Virus record (IMG/VR): IMGVR_UViG_3300023239_000036 | Location: 1-26,611 of that record | DNA length: 26,611 bases | Strand: one strand, 5' to 3' | From: a virus | Taxonomy: Duplodnaviria; Caudoviricetes | Shown: one piece after another, positions 24,701 to 26,611 of the stretch | Position numbering within the stretch: position 1 is the first letter of the stretch | Layout: each line of letters begins with the position of its first letter | The notes under the pieces: model-generated | What the model saw: only the letters and a program-made list of their open reading frames with translations | What the model was told of the DNA's origin: nothing | The model's database searches: none | Program-made: the position numbers and the translations under genes

Positions 24701-26611
24701 AGCTGGCAGCACGGCAAAGATGCAAACTATCGCGGAACATTTGACAATACATACACTTATCGATCAGGTAATATAGTTGTACAAGGTAATGCACTATGGA
24801 AAGCAAAAACTAACATAGCAATTAATGCAGCAGTTCCAAGTGCATCAAATAACTCATGGTCAAGCGTTACAACTGATGTTGATTATGTAGGTTACTTGCC
24901 AAACTTAACTGCAAATGCATTCTATAATGAATCTGTATTTGATCCTATTGAAAATATAATAGAGTTTAGTAAGAGCTTCGATGTTAGTAGTGATGCGCAA
25001 GTACTGGTTGTGACTAGTACACAAACTGATAATACAAGTACAACAAATACAAAACTTGCAATTTATCGCGCAGTTGGAAACCAATTTCAGTTAGATCAAA
25101 TAATAGCTGCACCAGATAATGTTACAGCATGGGCAGATAAAGTTGTATTAAATCCTGCAGGAACACAGATTGCAATTAGTTCAATGTTAGCTGATACAAA
25201 TAAAGTTAATCAAGGCGTTGTGTATGTTTATACACAAGCAGCTGGTACATTTACTTTAACACAAACACTAACTCCACCAAATAACGAAGAAAGTGAAGGC
25301 TTTGGATTTGGCTTAGATTTTGGAACTGATAACTTAGTAGTATCAAGTTTAAACGGTGATCAAACAATTCCGACAACGTTTGACGTTGCTGTATTCACTG
25401 CAACTGAAGATACTACAACAACTTTTGATAGAGAGTTTACAAACTTTAGAAATATTAAACTCGACAAGGGCGTTGTTTATGTATACGAAACTATTGATAA
25501 CAGTTTGATATATTCAGAGCAGTTTGTATATCCACTAACACAAACTACATTCGGCGAGAACATTTATGCTAACGGCAACCACGTTTATATTGGCATGCCA
25601 GATCAGCTAGTTGGCGCTGTAGAAGACGCAAGCGGCAATAAAGGACAGCTACTTGACTTTAGAAAAAATAAAAACACATTTGCATGGAACGTTATTAGCG
25701 AAGGCATTACCCCAGTAGATGTAGATAATATTCGAGGCATGTTCTTATACAACAAACGAGAAAACAGCATTGTAAGCTATATTGATTATATTGATCCTGT
25801 GCAAGGTAAAATTGCAGGCCCAGCTGATCAAGAAATTACATTTAAAACTCCGTTTGATCCTGCTGTATATAATACAGGTAATCTTTTAGATAATTCAGTT
25901 GATCCTAATAGAGCGTGGTGTGAGACACACGTTGGTCAAGTATGGTGGAATATTAATTCTGCTAAATTTGCTCATGCATACCAAGGGTCAACTACATTCC
26001 AGAAAAATAACTGGAATAAATTAACACCTGATGGTAGAATTGATGTATTTGAATGGGTACAAAGTAACTTTATTCCTAGTGTGTGGGATAGTATAGCAGA
26101 TACTCCAGACGGACTTACAGCTAAAATTAGTGGCACAAGTTTATTTGGCGATGAAAAGTATTCAACTAAAATAATATATAACGAAGTTAGTAAAACGTTT
26201 AACAATGTATATTACTTCTGGGTAGTTAATAAAGTTACTGTACCTATAATGGAAAACAGAAAGTTAAGTATCCGTGATGTTGCGGCACTTATTGAGAATC
26301 CAAGAACACAAGGTTATCCGTTTGTAAGTTTACTTTCAGATAGTAAGTTTGTACTTAATAACTTCGACACGTTTATTGATAGCAATGACTTAGTTTTAAA
26401 CATTAAGTATTCAACAGGACCTAAGAAAGTACAAAATGTACACAGCCAGTACAAGTTAATATCAGACGGATTGAAAACAAGCAAACCTGATGCAGATATT
26501 GAACGCAAATGGTTTGATAGTTTAATTGGGTTCGACAGCAATAATAGAATTGTTCCAGATCCAACTATATCCGTTAAAAATCGTTATGGTGTACAAAATC
26601 GTCCAAGACAA
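15788..26611 (+). CDS. Giant multidomain baseplate wedge/adhesin protein (gp7/gpI-like), at least 3608 aa, truncated by the window end
   Basis: The ATG overlaps the gp6 TAA (TAATG), with GGAGG at 15771-15775. Manual translation found no in-frame stop from MAKNDQNESALPVPG to RYGVQNRPRQ at the window end. FYRGAIADKGTMNVFTKLF at 21443-21499, plus CBM-like and FG-GAP repeats. Confidence 0.9.
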   Translation, partial: MAKNDQNESALPVPGQNNKITASDFLPKFFRTQANKKFLQGTLDQLIQPGVAEKINGYYGRTTAKAYKVTDNYIDDVSANRTNYQLEPATVIKDNYDNITFYKDYNDYIGQLGVYGASVDNHSRLNSQETYAWNPSIDWDKFVNFREYYWMPNGPLSVQVRGQSRDVVSTYTVTTEDQGDNIAYIFNDGLIRNPELNLYRGQTYRFEIDAPGHPMSIALSRTFTPGATVDTNVSTLYTDGITVYDKDGNVTTLSYIEKGAIEFTIPSNAPDVLYYISKNAIDTSNFIKIYDIEENTFLNIGEDVLGKKTYTSANGVALSNGMKVKFQGDVLPAEYNTNDWYVEGVGDKIKLIKDQDLIIPAAYSDINRIAFDADNFDTMPFSDATAYATNKDYIVINRATPDRNAWSRYNRWHHKDVILKSFELNNLTRNVNEENRAKRPIIEFEAGLKLHNFGAYAKQDVDLIDTFTTDVFSTIEGQIGYNIDGINLADNMRILFTADTDALVSGKIYQVKFVNIGNNRQLSLIETTDTLPIDLETVLITQGVKNAGKSYHYHNAKWTTAQEKTTRNQAPTFELCDTNGNNYSNETYYGSTTFNGTKLFSYAVGTGTVDTELGFALDYKSINNSGDIVFDFNLLSDTFTYQTDDNLYTQKINGGYLKKYSSLTKFAYVNGFSSKPTISKQYVINEYAATAIQVNNFEINVYDNSSSIADLKVVVFVNNKLQLITTDYTIDKTKANAVITFVKDLVATDVIKIKTDSKAIKNSNGYYEFPYNLERNPLNDDVNQFTLGEVIDHVDSMLEDIPGYAGNYLGSSNLRDLGDLDEFGKRFVKHSGPINLPLYHVTNKSYNIVKALKYSKKEYSRFKKTFLDTAATLGYDGPIKEHVDLILKTINSDKLKSQPFYFSDMLPDGASNKIAYTILDKRTTEYPITGTFNLSKLSAASTTVYLNGTQLTYLKDYNFNIAGYVTIEAGQIENDLIEIHEYNNTDGSFVAPTPSKLGLFPKYYPELTIDDTVLAAEPTTTGPFKVYGEDSATGTRGWFYPVYTAKSAAGAGTASKSHVFTGMNKIFYIPTAGATLGGNDNIEVTEYSVGVAFIKGHDGSYIKAYKDFRDELLLELEKRIFNNIKAEYSTDRLDVNTFIGGEFRVNEFTKTEIDNTLLGDFTQWLQQNLNNQTYTNNTFYDRTNNWTFNYQDTTSPAGNINPGFWRGMYSRAFDTDRPHSHPWEMLGISTKPSWWNTVYGPAPYTGDNLVLWKDLEVGRIADPLNTRIDLNYARPGLTNCIPVDSNGKLLSPINSKYAKDFQIQSATQNFKFGDHAPIENAWRRSSEYPFAVLTAMLLNKPAKTMGLGFDVSRISKNLANQWVNIDTNAPIVIKDLTLPNTFDSATRINTAGLVNYIYNLVASDILSVYKSYKTDLSLITNQIGVKIAGFTSKEKFNLILDSRSPTQSLTQDGIFVPQENYQVFLNTSSPTELAIYSGIIIERAELGYIVRGYNSEKPYFEYYEALTGSSANIVTVGGISEKIVPWDTNTAYISGEVILHNNAYYRVITSFTSDTTFNTNDIVKLPALPLTGGRTAAFKKDFNTVSLKRVQYGTRFTTAQDVVDFILGYNVRQQEMGFSFENVIAGSNEVENWKQAAKQFLFWTTQGWANNSLIALSPGANLLEFQKDYVIVDNIKDDFYGYSILKADGLFLDSEFNSLLRDQNSFGIETIGTDEGLYHVSLPLIQKEHVVLIDNTTDFNDTIYNPSTGYRQERIRVNGYRSDDWNGGLNIPGFVYDDASFTDWTQWKDYKIGDIVKYKQYYYVATINATGSQNFNSTNWYQLSEKPESQLMTNFDYRVTQFTDFYDLDSDSFDTEQQKMAQHLIGYQKRQYLANIINDDVSQFKFYRGAIADKGTMNVFTKLFDALGNTADNLEFYEEWAIQVGRYGAVDDVQQVEFNLLQDDIQESPQAVELVNAIPETNFDKIYRIKPNEVFDKPAGYTHAPFPTKTLTNEYIRTGGYTNEDDVDFIVGNLEDLATVDTNQISLGDTIWVTDTDNKNWTVMQLTQGTVNVVGADTVAATFAVNGLSLVELTLDKWVTGIFAVGDYVGVRGAQEYSINGLYEVDNINLNKIQIRVPIDSTISYFTIEDNRSFAMSALRTIRVSNVAGINAATNQDIYSKQRLWIDTYKSEWAVLENNSVYLNSQAITNPSDYDSTDQGFSDSIAVNENNTNVFVSAPNDLNGKVSVYRRTREQSNLLLDQEIIIDNNDLFAIADSDFGKSVAVSPDGEYLIVGIPQASNVKTKLTYKTDASTGASTFDFQPNAVYTKNNIVRYRESLWKTNRSILPQIANQPFSTFDTYVNLVSAADSDSTTLNLLVAGDAGLPGNSTTHMLVRAPKDMYIGTTAGDTINLFWNRRSYTYPTLDNFIPFEGLIPELTPEFISQDHTIVEKIDHVFFIDTFVSLPVVGSIVTTDTGSAEVAYVGSRRDSAVVYVKNTNGVFNVTGEMFINELDFVGFYTEESTYATSTAIDGYWMISTGFSYSNNSVYYDTGRGLVYADVKLQGSVRALNEYYNIQDTVGAIGVYVTNKNQASYIEQLSYRGDPAGADAQDGVERDLPSNKWVARVGKTFSDYLTIGETQEFRLYNLENRVIDVASPGFSYDILNKQQTVVDLWDGYIDFTLTEFDFQGFAFEPQIGDILEDVQTPRDGAGGLALTTISTSTAEVVFIKRNFNAVRVYLKIATGSWIEQSNIGRFQIRRKASVALRGATDADRTIGTITDINNSIVLGTSLVGKLVVFEHSSNFNIVTTPTIVDEEYWFFDETTVAGVQRLSNPPYSLNKDYTQVYNIPADATGTSPTVANEGAVAIYRRLNDGTYRFQNVLISEYRAANRNFGDKVAIVQTGNFYTLLVSSNSDTTIPVTDSTGRRSQPGSIEIFRHGTKATDSFKGEYQITAYAIGDIVIYKDDYYICRKVTTVSQNVIVDPIYWNKISWQHGKDANYRGTFDNTYTYRSGNIVVQGNALWKAKTNIAINAAVPSASNNSWSSVTTDVDYVGYLPNLTANAFYNESVFDPIENIIEFSKSFDVSSDAQVLVVTSTQTDNTSTTNTKLAIYRAVGNQFQLDQIIAAPDNVTAWADKVVLNPAGTQIAISSMLADTNKVNQGVVYVYTQAAGTFTLTQTLTPPNNEESEGFGFGLDFGTDNLVVSSLNGDQTIPTTFDVAVFTATEDTTTTFDREFTNFRNIKLDKGVVYVYETIDNSLIYSEQFVYPLTQTTFGENIYANGNHVYIGMPDQLVGAVEDASGNKGQLLDFRKNKNTFAWNVISEGITPVDVDNIRGMFLYNKRENSIVSYIDYIDPVQGKIAGPADQEITFKTPFDPAVYNTGNLLDNSVDPNRAWCETHVGQVWWNINSAKFAHAYQGSTTFQKNNWNKLTPDGRIDVFEWVQSNFIPSVWDSIADTPDGLTAKISGTSLFGDEKYSTKIIYNEVSKTFNNVYYFWVVNKVTVPIMENRKLSIRDVAALIENPRTQGYPFVSLLSDSKFVLNNFDTFIDSNDLVLNIKYSTGPKKVQNVHSQYKLISDGLKTSKPDADIERKWFDSLIGFDSNNRIVPDPTISVKNRYGVQNRPRQ

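Noticed and set aside
15789-26611. Apparent 10.8-kb region with only short ORFs, suggesting noncoding DNA or stop-codon recoding
   Set aside because: It is one open plus-strand frame in the standard code that runs off the window, so no recoding is needed.
1-26611. CRISPR array, DGR template/variable repeats, tRNA, intein or intron
   Set aside because: No spaced repeats, long near-identical pairs, reverse transcriptase, cloverleaf or splice motifs were seen by eye, and all intergenic gaps are 121 nt or less. A computational self-alignment would be needed to fully exclude them.

Overview
This is a gene-dense, AT-rich segment of a large contractile-tailed (T4-superfamily-like) bacteriophage genome using the standard genetic code. 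On the minus strand, a gp55-like late sigma factor, gp47 (Mre11/SbcD-like) and gp46 (Rad50/SbcC-like) are driven by three consensus-type TTGACA-N17-TATAAT/TATACT promoters. They are followed by the first 11 codons of a gene with its own TATAAATA late promoter set in a hairpin. On the plus strand is a divergent late baseplate operon with TAAATA boxes: tube initiator, gp53/LysM-like protein, hub, an orphan 370-aa protein, a gp5-like spike with a C-terminal VgrG3-type muramidase-like domain, gp25 and a long gp6. The operon continues into a giant ORF missing from the supplied track (15788 to the window end, at least 3608 codons, no stop). That ORF carries a gp7/gpI-like KGT wedge motif, about five CBM5/12-like modules and a seven-bladed FG-GAP propeller with large inserts. 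All family calls come from motif recognition by eye, not database searches. No tRNA, rRNA, CRISPR array or reverse transcriptase was seen.
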